From: Myxococcota bacterium
GTDB taxonomy: Bacteria; Myxococcota_A; UBA9042; PHBI01; JAWLBL01
Length of the DNA stretch: 64,000 bases
Assembly: GCA_041687695.1 (NCBI GenBank)
Contig: JAWLBL010000011.1
Location: 165,726-229,725 of the forward strand
Reading direction: 5' to 3'
The notes under the pieces are model-generated. The model saw only the letters and a list, made by a program, of their open reading frames with translations, searched no databases and was not told the origin of the DNA. Below, piece by piece: positions 51,421-61,225 of this stretch (its first letter is position 1; each line of letters begins with the position of its first letter). A program made the translations under genes and the position numbers.

Positions 51421-54070
51421 GCTTCATGCCGCCGCGGGCGACGCCCAGCTGCTCGTCGCAGTCCAGGGCGGCCAGCAGCGCGGCGGGCGTCGTCTGGCCG
51501 GCCAGCAGGCGCTGGTAGGCGTCCAGGACGGCCGCGGTCTCGGCGGCGGTCTCGCGCACCAGCTCGACGCGGAAGCGGCGCACGCCGGCGTCCAGCAGGC
51601 GGGGCACCAGGCTGGCGGCGGACTGCGGGCGGGCGTTGAAGACCGTGTTGCGGCAGCCGGCGTCGACGATGACCGGGTGGGTCTGGCCCAGGTGGTCGCG
51701 GACCGAGGCCTCGCGGGCTTCGCAGGGGCGGCCGCAGGTGTGGTAGTCGCGGCCGCGGCTGAGCAGGTGCGCGTACAGGCAGTGCTCGGTGTGGAAGGTC
51801 GGGATGCGGTGGTGGACCATGACCGTCAGGCGGTCGGCGGGCGCGCGCGCGACCAGGGCCATCAGCTGCGCCTCGTCCAGATCGAACGAGGCGGTCAGCG
51901 TGTCCAGGCCGTAGGCCAGCAGGTGGTGGGCGGTCAGCCCGTTGGTGACGTTGAGCGAGAAGTCGCCGTGCAGCTGGGGGCGCGCGTCGGCGGGCAGCGT
52001 CGAAAAGCGCGTCAGGGCGCCCCAGTGGCGGACCAGCACCCCGTCGGGGCGCAGGCGGGCGATGCGCTCGGTGATGGCCTCCTCGCCGGGTTTTTCGATG
52101 CGCAGGGTGGCGACGGTGACGCGCAGGCCGGCCTCGCGGGCGCGGGCCACGGCGCGGCCCAGGCCCACCAGCTCCATCCAGTCCAGCTCGACCTCGGGCA
52201 GGCCGGCGGCGATGACCGCCTCGAGCTGGGCCAGGCTGCGGCACAGCGGGACCAGCTCGGGGGCCGACGCGAGGCGTGGTGCGAGCGCGGCCTGGCGGGC
52301 GCGCAGGCGGTCCAGGGCGCCGGGGGCGTTCAGGGCGCGGACGGGGCCGCGCTCGACGGCGGCGGTCAGGGCCTCGACCAGCGCGCGGCGCAGGCGCTTG
52401 AGCTCGGAGACGGGCAGGTGCAGCCCGGCGGGCAGCGCCGAAAGGTCCAGCGCGCCCAGGCGGAAGGGCGTGCCGCCGAAGGCGCCCAGCTTGGAGGCCA
52501 GCAGCTCGGCCGTGAGGCCGGCCCCGCTGGACGGGGTGAGCGGGCTGTCGCTGGCCGCGCTGGCCTGGGCGCCGCGGGCGGTGGCGGTGACCTGCAGCGG
52601 CGCGTCGGGGGCGCCGGAGACGGTCAGGTCGACGGAGACGCGGCCCTCGGGCGCGCGGGCGGTCAGGCGCTCGACGTCCCTGGCCACGGCGGGGTCGCGG
52701 GTGACCCAGACCCGGTCGCCGACGCGGACGCGGCCCAGGTCCGGGCCGGGCTGGCCGAAGCCCAGGACCAGCTCGCGGCCGCCCGGCCCGGGGCGGTCGA
52801 CGCGGAAGATGGGGCCGCCCGGCTCGTGCTTGTCCTCGGGATCGCCGGCGTCGAAGACCACGCCCATGCCCGGGGCCACGTCCACGGGGGCGATGGCGGC
52901 GCCGTCCGCGCTGTCGGTCGGGCCGCCCAGGGCGGGCAGGGGGGCGCTGACCTGGCCCTCGGGGCCCTGGGCGCGCGCCTCCGGCAGGTCCAGGGCCAGG
53001 GCGCCGGTCCAGGGGCGGCGGTCGGGGGCGACCGTCACCTCGGCGCGGCCGACCGAGGCGACCCGGCCCAGCAGGAGGCCGCGGCTCTTGGGGAAGCGCC
53101 CCTCGACCAGGCTCTGGTGGTCCGAGCCGGCGAGGAAGCCGTCGGCGAAGCCGCGGGTGTAGCTGAGCGCCATCGCGCGCAGATCCTCGGCGAGCTGCCG
53201 CTCGGCGGGTTCGCGCTGGGCGCCGGCCGCCTGCGCGTCGACCCAGCGCCGGTAGCCGCGCACCGAGGTGGCGACGTACATGGGGCCCTTCTGGCGGCCC
53301 TCGATCTTCAGGCTGGACACGCCGATGCCGGCCAGCGCGGGCACGGCGCGCACCCCGGCCATGTCCTTGGGGCTGAGCAGGTAGCGGACGTCGCCCAGGT
53401 CCTGCGCCTGGCCGTCGACCACGAAGGTGTAGGGCATGCGGCACGACTGCGCGCACTGCCCGCGGTTGGCCGAGCGGCCGCCCCAGGCCTCGCTGGTCAG
53501 GCACTGCCCGCTCCACGACACGCACAGGGCGCCGTGGATGAAGACCTCGAGCTCCAGCTCGGTCTCGCCGGCCAGGCGGCGGATCTCGGCGACCGACAGC
53601 TCGCGCGGCACGACCACGCGCGTGACGCCCAGCGCCTTGGCGAAGGCCGCGCCGCCGGCGCTGGAGACGGTCATCTGGGTCGAGGCGTGCACCTCGAGCG
53701 CCGGGCACACCTCGCGCGCCAGCAGCGCCACGGCCGGGTCCTGCACGATGAGCGCGTCCACGCCCGACGCGGCGACGGCGCGCAGGATCTCTTCCAGCCG
53801 CGGCAGCTCGGGCTCGAAGACCAGCGTGTTGAGGGTCAGGTACGCCCGCGCCCCGGCCCGGTGGATGCGGGCGACGGTGTCGGGGAGGTTGGCCAGCGTG
53901 AAGTTGGCCGCCCGGGCGCGCGCGTTGAAGCCCTCGTCCAGCCCGAAGTACACCGCGTCGGCCCCAGCCGCGAGCGCCGCCTCGAGCGAGGGGAGATCTC
54001 CGGCGGGGGCGAGGATCTCGGGGAGGCGGGGGGCGGGCGAGGGGCTGGCGCTGGGCGGCGGTGCGGACAT
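51410..54070 (-). CDS. U32 family protein with DUF3656 (RlhA-like rRNA hydroxylation protein)
   Basis: EILAPAG, GADAVYFG, HASTQM, HGALCVSWSGQC, NRGQCAQSCR, LKIEGR. Confidence 0.88.
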   Translation of the reverse strand: MSAPPPSASPSPAPRLPEILAPAGDLPSLEAALAAGADAVYFGLDEGFNARARAANFTLANLPDTVARIHRAGARAYLTLNTLVFEPELPRLEEILRAVAASGVDALIVQDPAVALLAREVCPALEVHASTQMTVSSAGGAAFAKALGVTRVVVPRELSVAEIRRLAGETELELEVFIHGALCVSWSGQCLTSEAWGGRSANRGQCAQSCRMPYTFVVDGQAQDLGDVRYLLSPKDMAGVRAVPALAGIGVSSLKIEGRQKGPMYVATSVRGYRRWVDAQAAGAQREPAERQLAEDLRAMALSYTRGFADGFLAGSDHQSLVEGRFPKSRGLLLGRVASVGRAEVTVAPDRRPWTGALALDLPEARAQGPEGQVSAPLPALGGPTDSADGAAIAPVDVAPGMGVVFDAGDPEDKHEPGGPIFRVDRPGPGGRELVLGFGQPGPDLGRVRVGDRVWVTRDPAVARDVERLTARAPEGRVSVDLTVSGAPDAPLQVTATARGAQASAASDSPLTPSSGAGLTAELLASKLGAFGGTPFRLGALDLSALPAGLHLPVSELKRLRRALVEALTAAVERGPVRALNAPGALDRLRARQAALAPRLASAPELVPLCRSLAQLEAVIAAGLPEVELDWMELVGLGRAVARAREAGLRVTVATLRIEKPGEEAITERIARLRPDGVLVRHWGALTRFSTLPADARPQLHGDFSLNVTNGLTAHHLLAYGLDTLTASFDLDEAQLMALVARAPADRLTVMVHHRIPTFHTEHCLYAHLLSRGRDYHTCGRPCEAREASVRDHLGQTHPVIVDAGCRNTVFNARPQSAASLVPRLLDAGVRRFRVELVRETAAETAAVLDAYQRLLAGQTTPAALLAALDCDEQLGVARGGMKLIS

Positions 54071-54208
54071 CCGCGGCAGTATCGGCACCTGGGCGGTGGG
54101 TGGCAATGGTGGGTTGGGGCGTGGCGGCCATGGCCATCGTAACGCTTGCCCGAGCAGGGTTCGGTTCGGGACGACGCTCCCCTCCCGGCTGGCGGGGCCA
54201 GCCGGGAA

Positions 54209-54624
54209 AGCGCCGGCATGGCCGGCGCGGTCCATAGCGCCGGCATGGCCGGCGCGGCCCACAGCGCCGGCGTGGCCGGCGCGGTCCATAGCGCCGGCGT
54301 GGCCGTTTCGTTCCGCCGCCGCAGGCGGCTTTGGAGCGCGCAGGCCTTGCCTGCGCTGTGCGATTGTAGCGAAGCCTCTGAACCCGGGGCTCGCGACAGC
54401 GCCGGCATGATAGCGCCGGCATGGCCGGCGCGGTCCATAGCGCCGGCGTGGCCGGCGCGGTCCATAGCGCCGGCATGGCCGGCGCGGTCCATAGCGCCGG
54501 CGTGGCCGGCGCGGCCCATAGCGCCGGCGTGGCCGGCGCGGCCCATAGCGCCGGCGTGGCCGGCGCGGTCCATAGCGCCGGCGTGGCCGGCGCGGTCCAC
54601 AGCGCCGGCGTGGCCGGCGCGGCC
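54209..54624. repeat. 27-bp tandem repeat with GCGCCGGC-N3-GCCGGCGC hairpin, in two blocks
   Basis: 3 full units plus a partial at 54209-54305; a partial plus about 8 units at 54398-54624. Confidence 0.95.
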
Positions 54625-54647
54625 GCCTGTGGCCTCGAGCATTTGCT

Positions 54648-54998
54648 GAAGGTCGGGACCTTCCGACGGGTGGTCGCGAGGGCTTGCGGAAGGTCGGGAC
54701 CTTCCGACGGGTGGCTCAGAGGGCTCGCTGAAGGTCGGGACCTTCCGACGGATGGCTCAGAGGGCTTGCTGAAGGTCGGGACCTTTCGAACGGGTCGTCA
54801 CAGGCCCGGGAAGAAGGTCGGAACCTTTCGAACGGGTCGTCACAGGCCCGGGAGGAGAGGTGGTGACCTTTCGAACGGGTCGTCACAGGCCCGGGAAGAA
54901 GGTCGTGACCTATCGAACGGGTCGTCACAGGCCCGGGAAAGAAGGTGGTGACCTTTCGAACGGGTCGTCACAGGCCCGGGAGGAAAGGTAGGGACCTT
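54648..54998. repeat. 41-44-bp tandem repeat with AAGGTC-NN-GACCTT palindromic core
   Basis: About 9 cores (54648, 54689, 54730, 54771, 54813, about 54857, 54898, 54941, 54985); two spacer subtypes. Confidence 0.93.
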
Positions 54999-55029
54999 GC
55001 CGGCGACGGTCGGGGGCCTGGGGGAAGGG

Positions 55030-55902
55030 TCAGGTGGCCTCGAGGGCGTCGATGCGGGCGAGGTCGGACGGGGTGAGGCGGACGTCGAGGGCCTTGACCG
55101 AGTCCTCGATGCTGGAGGCCCTGGAGGCGCCGGGGATCGGGAGGACGCGGTCGGACTTGGCCATGAGCCAGGCGAGGACGACGCAGTAGACGCTGGTGTC
55201 GTGGGCCTGCGCGATGGCGACGAGGTCGGGGAGCTCGTCGAGGCGCTTGACGCGGCGCGAGCCGCCGAGGGGGCTCCAGGGCAGGAAGGTGAGGCCGAGG
55301 CGGTCGCAGTGGGCGAGGACGCCGTCGCGCTCGGGTTTGCGGACCCAGGGGTTGTGCTGGTTCTGGACGGAGACCACGTCGACCAGCTTTCGGGCGCGGT
55401 CGATCTGCTCGGTCGAATAGTTGGAGACGCCGACGAAGCGGATGAGGCCGTCCTGCACCGCCCGGGCGACCGGCTCGAGGGACTGCTCGATGGTGAAGGA
55501 GGGGTCGGGGGCGTGGTGCTGCCACAGGTCGATGGGGCGGTCGCCGCCCAGGGCCGCGTGGCTCTCGCGGATGGTGCGGGCGACGTGCGCGGGGTCGCCC
55601 AGGACCTGCCACTCGCCATGGTGTCGGGTCAGCCCGCCCTTGGTGGCGACGACGATGGCGTCGCGGTCGCCGTCCCACTCGCGCAGGGCGCGGGCGACCA
55701 GGCGCTCGCCGTGGTGCTTGTCGTCCTCGTCCAGGCAGTAGGAGTCGGCGGTGTCGATGAAGGTCACGCCCAGCGCCAGGGCGCGGTGGATGACCTTTAC
55801 GGACTCGGCCTCGGGCGGGCGGTCGCGCAGGGACATGGGCATCTCGCCGAGGCCGATGGCGCTGACGCGCACACCGGTCCGGCCCAGCTCGGTCGTCTGC
55901 AT
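55030..55902 (-). CDS. Aldo/keto reductase
   Basis: LGRTGVRVSAIGLG, GVTFIDTADSY, ATKGG, GVSNY, WSPLGG, PIPG. Confidence 0.93.
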   Translation of the reverse strand: MQTTELGRTGVRVSAIGLGEMPMSLRDRPPEAESVKVIHRALALGVTFIDTADSYCLDEDDKHHGERLVARALREWDGDRDAIVVATKGGLTRHHGEWQVLGDPAHVARTIRESHAALGGDRPIDLWQHHAPDPSFTIEQSLEPVARAVQDGLIRFVGVSNYSTEQIDRARKLVDVVSVQNQHNPWVRKPERDGVLAHCDRLGLTFLPWSPLGGSRRVKRLDELPDLVAIAQAHDTSVYCVVLAWLMAKSDRVLPIPGASRASSIEDSVKALDVRLTPSDLARIDALEAT

Positions 55903-55936
55903 GGGCGGCTCCGTCGCGGTGGGGCAGGGGAGGGCG

Positions 55937-56377
55937 TCAGGCCTTGCGAGCGCGGGCGCGCGTGGGCACGTAGCGGGTGCCGCGCTTTTCGCCCTTGACC
56001 GCGAGGCGCTTCTCTTCGACCAGCCACTGCAGGTAGCGCCGCGCCGTGTTGGCCGGCACGCCGAGCGCGTCGCTCACCTGGCCGGTGGTCAAGGCGCCGT
56101 GCTTCTTGGCCGCCGCGACCAGCACGTCGTCGAGCCCGGGCTCGCGCTCGCCGTCCGCCTCGCCGTCCTTGCGGTCCTCGTCCTCGCCGTCGCCGCGCAG
56201 GCGTTTGATCCACTTGCGCAGCGTCCAGACGCTGAGGTCCTTCTTGTCGGCGAACTCGCCGTGCGACTGGCCGCTGGCCTCCCACTCGGTGACCAGGCGC
56301 TCCCAGTCGGCGGGCTCCAGCTTCTCGGGCTGCTTGCGGTCCTTGGCCGCCCCTTTCGTCGCGCCCTTCGTCGCCAT
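55937..56377 (-). CDS. Small DNA-binding protein: IS66 TnpA-like HTH + winged HTH
   Basis: W.RLV.EWEASGQS..EFA....LSVWTLRKW; C-terminal TTGQVSDALGV...TARRYL..LV...GEKRGTRY. Confidence 0.65.
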   Translation of the reverse strand: MATKGATKGAAKDRKQPEKLEPADWERLVTEWEASGQSHGEFADKKDLSVWTLRKWIKRLRGDGEDEDRKDGEADGEREPGLDDVLVAAAKKHGALTTGQVSDALGVPANTARRYLQWLVEEKRLAVKGEKRGTRYVPTRARARKA

Positions 56378-56485
56378 GGGCTTTCCTCGCTGCTCTGTGG
56401 CATTGCGTGTGGGTGTGGACCCACTATGCCACCGCGCGCGCGGCACGTCACGGGGCCGCCGTCGATTGCGTCGCCACGCGCCGCC

Positions 56486-58240
56486 TCAGCCGGGCCGCAC
56501 CGCCGCCGCGAAGGCCGCCGCCGATCGCGTGTTGAGCACCTCGGCGGTGCGCACCCCGGCCCGCCGCGCCATGTCGACCGCCCAGTGGAAGGCCGTCAGG
56601 CCGGCGGTCGAGTGGGCGTCCGACGACAGCACCAGCGGGATGTCGCGCGCCCGCGCCTCGCGCACCCAGGGCGGCGCCAGATCGAGGCGGTAGGGGTCGC
56701 CGTTGATCTCGATGGCGGCGCGCGACTCGGCCGCCGCGTCGAGCACCTCGCGCACCCGGCAGGCGATGGGCGGCCGGCGGCCCAGCAGGCGCCCGAGGGC
56801 GTGGCCCCAGATCTTGAACAGCGGGTGCCGCATCGCGCGGACCAGGCGCGCGGTCATCGCGTCCTCGTCCAGCCTGTAGCGCTGGTGGACGCTGGCGATG
56901 ACGACGTCCAGCCGCTCGAGCACGCGGTCCGGGTAGTCGAGCGCCCCCTCGCGGGTGATGTCGGCCTCGGTGCCCTTGAGCAGCCCCACCTTCACCCGCG
57001 CCTGCACCTCGTCGATGTCGGCCCACTGCCGCTCGAGCCGCGCCAGATCCAGCCCGCCCGCGTAGTGCGCCGTCGGCGAGTGGTCGGTGATGGTCAGGTA
57101 CTCCAACCCAAGCGCCTCGGCCGCCCGCGCCATCGCCTCGACGCCGTCCTTGCCGTCCGACCAGGTCGTGTGACAATGCACCGCGCCGCGCACGTCCTCG
57201 CGGGTGACCAGGTCCTGGAAGGAGTCGCCCGCCAGCGCCGCCTCGACCTCGCCGATGGCCTCGCGCAGCTCGGGCGGGACGAAGGGCAGGCCCAGCCGCG
57301 CGTACAGGTCGGGCTCGTCCCGCAGCGCCAGCGGCCGCCTGGCCCCGCGCTCGAACAGCCCCTCGGCGCTCAGCCGCAGCCCGCGCGCGTCGGCCTGCCG
57401 CGCCAGACACTCCAGGTGGCCGGGCGAGCCGGTGTGGTGGTGCACCGCCGCGACGAACCGCTCGGGCGCGGCGGCGACGACGGTGACCGGGAGGTCGACC
57501 GCCCGCCCCTCGTCGAGCCGCACCACGCCCCGCTCGCCATCGCGCTCGACCACCTGACGCACCTGCGGGAAGGCCTCCAGCCGGTCGAGCACGCGGTGCG
57601 GCGCGGGCGCCGAGGCGACCAGCACCAGCTCCGAGGCCAGCTCGACCCGGCGCCGCACCGACCCGGCGGCCTCGACCCGCGCGTCCGGGACGCCGTCCTC
57701 GAGCCACGCGACGAGGCGCTCGGCCAGCCCCACCGCCTGGTGGAGCAGCAGCTCCGGGGCCCCGGAGGACTCGGGCGCCGCGCGCAGGAACTCGAGCAGC
57801 CGCGACTCGAGCTTGGCGGAGAAGCCCGGCACGGTCCGCACCCGGCCGGCGACACAAGCCGCCTCGAGCGCCTCGCGCGAGGTCACGCCCAGCGCGGCCT
57901 CGAGCGCCTCGATGCGCTTGGGCCCCAGCTCGGGGATGCCCCGCAGCGCCACCCGCCCGGCCGGCACGCGCGCGCGCAGCTCGTCCAGGGTGGTCGAGCG
58001 CCCGGTGCGCCACAGCTCGCCCACCACCCCGGCCAGGCCGTCGCCGATGCCCGGCAGCTCGGTGAGCCGCTCCTCGCGCAGCCGCGCCTCCAACTCGTCG
58101 GGGGCCAGCCGCTCCAGCACCCGGGCCCCGGTCGCGTAGGCCCGCGCGCGGAAGCCGCCTTCGCCGGAGGCCTCGACCAGCTCCGAGATCTGCCGCAGCG
58201 CCGCGACGATGGCTGGCTTGTCGACGCCGGGCGCGCTCAC
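56486..58240 (-). CDS. polX: DNA polymerase X family / PHP domain protein
   Basis: FRARAY, HhH LPGIG/IPELGPK, TGS..H, PPELRE; PHP motifs HCHT..SDG, TDHS, SDAH. Confidence 0.92.
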   Translation of the reverse strand: MSAPGVDKPAIVAALRQISELVEASGEGGFRARAYATGARVLERLAPDELEARLREERLTELPGIGDGLAGVVGELWRTGRSTTLDELRARVPAGRVALRGIPELGPKRIEALEAALGVTSREALEAACVAGRVRTVPGFSAKLESRLLEFLRAAPESSGAPELLLHQAVGLAERLVAWLEDGVPDARVEAAGSVRRRVELASELVLVASAPAPHRVLDRLEAFPQVRQVVERDGERGVVRLDEGRAVDLPVTVVAAAPERFVAAVHHHTGSPGHLECLARQADARGLRLSAEGLFERGARRPLALRDEPDLYARLGLPFVPPELREAIGEVEAALAGDSFQDLVTREDVRGAVHCHTTWSDGKDGVEAMARAAEALGLEYLTITDHSPTAHYAGGLDLARLERQWADIDEVQARVKVGLLKGTEADITREGALDYPDRVLERLDVVIASVHQRYRLDEDAMTARLVRAMRHPLFKIWGHALGRLLGRRPPIACRVREVLDAAAESRAAIEINGDPYRLDLAPPWVREARARDIPLVLSSDAHSTAGLTAFHWAVDMARRAGVRTAEVLNTRSAAAFAAAVRPG

Positions 58241-58584
58241 CGCCGCCGCCCGCTGGGCGCCGGCGGCGGCGCCTCGCAGACCTGCTGCGAGCACACCTCG
58301 CCCGGCGCCGCGCAGAGGCCGCAGCTGGCGTTGCAGCAGCTCAGGCCGGGCGCGCAGATGGAGGGGCCGCAGGCCGTGCCGGGCACGCAGCCGCAGGCGT
58401 CCATGCTCCAGGCGTAGCCGGCCACGCACAGGCCGCTGATGGCGCAGGCGCCGCGCTCGTCGACCACGCTGGGGGGCGGGGGCTCGGCCGAGCCGCCGGT
58501 GAGGCCGGCGCAGCCGGGCGCCAGCGCCAGCGCCAGCAGCGCGAAAGACAGGATCGGGAGCAGGGAGGCCACCCGGGCGCGCAT
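58237..58584 (-). CDS. Small Cys-rich lipoprotein
   Basis: Lipobox APGC; CCNASCGLC; GTGA overlap with polX. Confidence 0.7.
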   Translation of the reverse strand: MRARVASLLPILSFALLALALAPGCAGLTGGSAEPPPPSVVDERGACAISGLCVAGYAWSMDACGCVPGTACGPSICAPGLSCCNASCGLCAAPGEVCSQQVCEAPPPAPSGRRR

Positions 58585-58876
58585 GTCGGACCTCCGGCGC
58601 AGCGGGACGGGTCGGGCTCTGTCTGCAGCAACCCGGCCGCGCGTCGCGGGCTTCCGTCAGGGTCCGACGCGGACGTGCGGGATGGCGAGTACAGGTGCGG
58701 CTCGGGGCCGGTGGCGGGCGGCGGCGCGGGAGCGCGGGCGACGGTGGCGCCACGGCCGGCGAGTCGGCCGACCCGGCGGCGGGAGCCTCGGAGCGGGCGG
58801 CCGGCGCGTCGTCGGAGGCGTCCCTGCTCGTCGCGCGTCGGCGGCGAAGCGGGCAGTGCGTCGGCGTCCGGAAGGG

Positions 58877-60871
58877 TCATGATCGCGGCGAGACCGAATG
58901 CGGCGGTTCGTGTGGCGCGTCCGGATCGGGGGCGATCGGCAGGCTGAAGCTGAACCAGGTCTCCTCGCCGGGTGTGGACTCGACCCAGACGCGGCCGCCG
59001 TGGGCCTCGACCAGCGATCGCGTGATGTAAAGGCCCAGGCCGATGCCCTTGGGAGAGCCGGGGCGCTGGCTGTTGGGCGAGCGGTAGAAGCGCTCGAAGA
59101 GCCTGGGGACGACCTCGATCGGGATCCCCTGGCCGCGGTTGACGACCGAGACGACCAGCTCGTCCCCGCGCCGCCGGGCCTCGACGCGCACCGGGGTCCC
59201 CGGCTCGCCGTACTTCATCGCGTTGGTCAGCAGGTTGGCCAGGACCTGCTCCATCCGATCGGGGTCGACGTCGACCGGCGGCAGGTCCTCGGGCACGCAC
59301 ACGTCGACCCGGCGCCCGGGGACGGGCGCGCAGCGGCGGGCGAGGGTGTTGCGGACGAGCGCGGCCACGGTCACCCGCTCGGGGTAGATGCTCAGGCGCG
59401 CGGCGTCGATGCGCGAAGTGTCGAGGAGGTCGGCGATCATCCGCTCGAGGGAACGCGCGGAGTCGATGATGGCCTGCAGGGACTCGCGCTCGAATTCGCT
59501 CAGGTGGGGGCCGCGCTTGCGCAGGAGGTACTCGGACGTGAGGCTGATGGCGCTGACGGGCTGGCGCAGGTCGTGGGCGATGACGCTGGTCCACTCCTCG
59601 CGTTGCCGCTCGAGGACCTTCATGGCGGTGACGTCGTGGAACAGGCCGATGGCGCCGGCGAGGTGCCCCGAGAGGGCGACCGGCGCGGCGCTGGCGAGCA
59701 GGGACCGGTGCGTGCCGGCGGCCGTGACCGCCTCGAGCGCCTCGGGGGCGACGCCGCGGCCGGTCGCGAGGGCGCGCTCGATGGGCCAGTCGTGGAGGGG
59801 GAGCCGGGGCCCGCCGGGGCGACGGAGGTCGAGGTCGGGGTGGGCCTCGGGCGGCGCGGGCTCGGATGGGGCCATGGTCAGGGTGAGGGCGGCGGCGTTG
59901 CAGGACCAGTGGCGGCGGCCGTCGCGGCCGACGCGCACGACGATGATGGGCTCGGGCGTGACCTCGATGACGGTGGAGAGCCAGGCGCTGGCCTCGCGGC
60001 GGCGCAGATCCTGGGCGTTGAGGCGGGCGGCGGCGAGCCAGAGCAGCGCCAGGCCGGCGGCGGTGAAGGCGGCCGAGACGGTGGCGAAGCCGGTCGAGAG
60101 GGAGGTCAGGCCGGAGTCGTGGGCCAGCTGGGCGAGCCAGCCTATGGCGGCGGGGCCGAAGAGGCCGGGCAGCAGGAGCCAGCGGCTGAGGGCGCCGCCG
60201 GCCGCCTCGGAGGTGAAGACGCGCGTGAACGGGTGGCGGGGGCGCACGGCGAAGCTGCCCAGGGTCAGGAACACGCAGGCGAACGCGGTCGGGATGGACA
60301 TGCCGGTCGAGAAGATGTGGGGGACGGGGTAGACGAAGGTGGCGCCGTAGGCGTAGCCGGTCAGGGCGACCAGCCCCACGATGCCCGGGACGGCGAGGCC
60401 CACGCCGCCCAGCCGGCGGGTGTGGCGCCCGCGGCTCTGGGTGCCCAGGTGGCCCAGGCCGAAGGCCAGCAGGGCGAGGACGCTGGCGGGTGAGGCCACG
60501 CCCTCCCAGCCCGATTCGTAGGCTGTGGACTCCGCGAGGAGGCTGGGGGCGGGGACGTGGAACGCGCCGAGGTATCGGGTGAGCTGCGCGGCGCTGGCGA
60601 TGGCGACGGTGGCGCCGGCGGCGGTCGAGAGGAGGCGCCAGGCGCGCCGGGTGGGGAGGGTCGAGAGGACGGCGCTCGCGGCCACGATGAGCAGCAAGGC
60701 CGTCGAGAGGACCATGCCGGGGCGGCCGGGGAACCAGCGGGTCAGGGCGGGGAGCGCCAGGGCGTGGCCGAGCGCGCTCTCGAGGCCGATGAGGGCGGTG
60801 GCCGTGGCGAGGGCGACGCCGAGGCGGCGGCTGGTCGCGTCGAGCCGCGCTTGGGTGGCGTGGTCGGCCAT
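58877..60871 (-). CDS. Membrane sensor histidine kinase with PAS-like domain
   Basis: Multiple TMs; H-box AHDLRQP; N-box NLLTNAMKY; G2 GIGLGL. Confidence 0.9.
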   Translation of the reverse strand: MADHATQARLDATSRRLGVALATATALIGLESALGHALALPALTRWFPGRPGMVLSTALLLIVAASAVLSTLPTRRAWRLLSTAAGATVAIASAAQLTRYLGAFHVPAPSLLAESTAYESGWEGVASPASVLALLAFGLGHLGTQSRGRHTRRLGGVGLAVPGIVGLVALTGYAYGATFVYPVPHIFSTGMSIPTAFACVFLTLGSFAVRPRHPFTRVFTSEAAGGALSRWLLLPGLFGPAAIGWLAQLAHDSGLTSLSTGFATVSAAFTAAGLALLWLAAARLNAQDLRRREASAWLSTVIEVTPEPIIVVRVGRDGRRHWSCNAAALTLTMAPSEPAPPEAHPDLDLRRPGGPRLPLHDWPIERALATGRGVAPEALEAVTAAGTHRSLLASAAPVALSGHLAGAIGLFHDVTAMKVLERQREEWTSVIAHDLRQPVSAISLTSEYLLRKRGPHLSEFERESLQAIIDSARSLERMIADLLDTSRIDAARLSIYPERVTVAALVRNTLARRCAPVPGRRVDVCVPEDLPPVDVDPDRMEQVLANLLTNAMKYGEPGTPVRVEARRRGDELVVSVVNRGQGIPIEVVPRLFERFYRSPNSQRPGSPKGIGLGLYITRSLVEAHGGRVWVESTPGEETWFSFSLPIAPDPDAPHEPPHSVSPRS

Positions 60872-61225
60872 GCGGCGCTCGGAGGTGGGGCGTTGAGGGG
60901 CGCGATGCTCGGCGCGCGCGCGGGGCGCGGGCGGGCGAGGGGAGCGCAGAGGGGGCAGGGCGCCCGGTCGGCGACGGGGCGTCGGCGCGGGGCGAGCGTG
61001 GCACCATCGTGCCTCGGTGCAGGCGCGAGGTCGAAGCCGCGGCGGGTTTCGGCCGGAGCGTGAAGGCCCGGCGCTTGGGGCGCGGCGAAGGGCCGTGTTA
61101 TCGATGGGGCAAGCCGAGTCCAGGTCCGCAACGGCTCGACCGCAGCGCGAGGGCGACAGCCCCGGGCGACGGTGGGTCGCCGCACCGCCGCCGAGGCGTG
61201 CGGGCGGCACCTGCTCGGCTCATAG

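Noticed and set aside
54209..54998. CRISPR array or protein-coding repeats (ORFs 54146-54649, 54421-54951, 53836-54642)
   Set aside because: Spacers are near-identical. The ORFs are repeat read-through (APAWPARSI, KVGTF) without convincing starts.
55937..56377. Intact IS66 element
   Set aside because: No TnpB/TnpC genes or terminal repeats are seen.
60998..61013. Sigma54 promoter (TGGCAC...TGC)
   Set aside because: The GG-to-GC spacing is 9 rather than the required 10.
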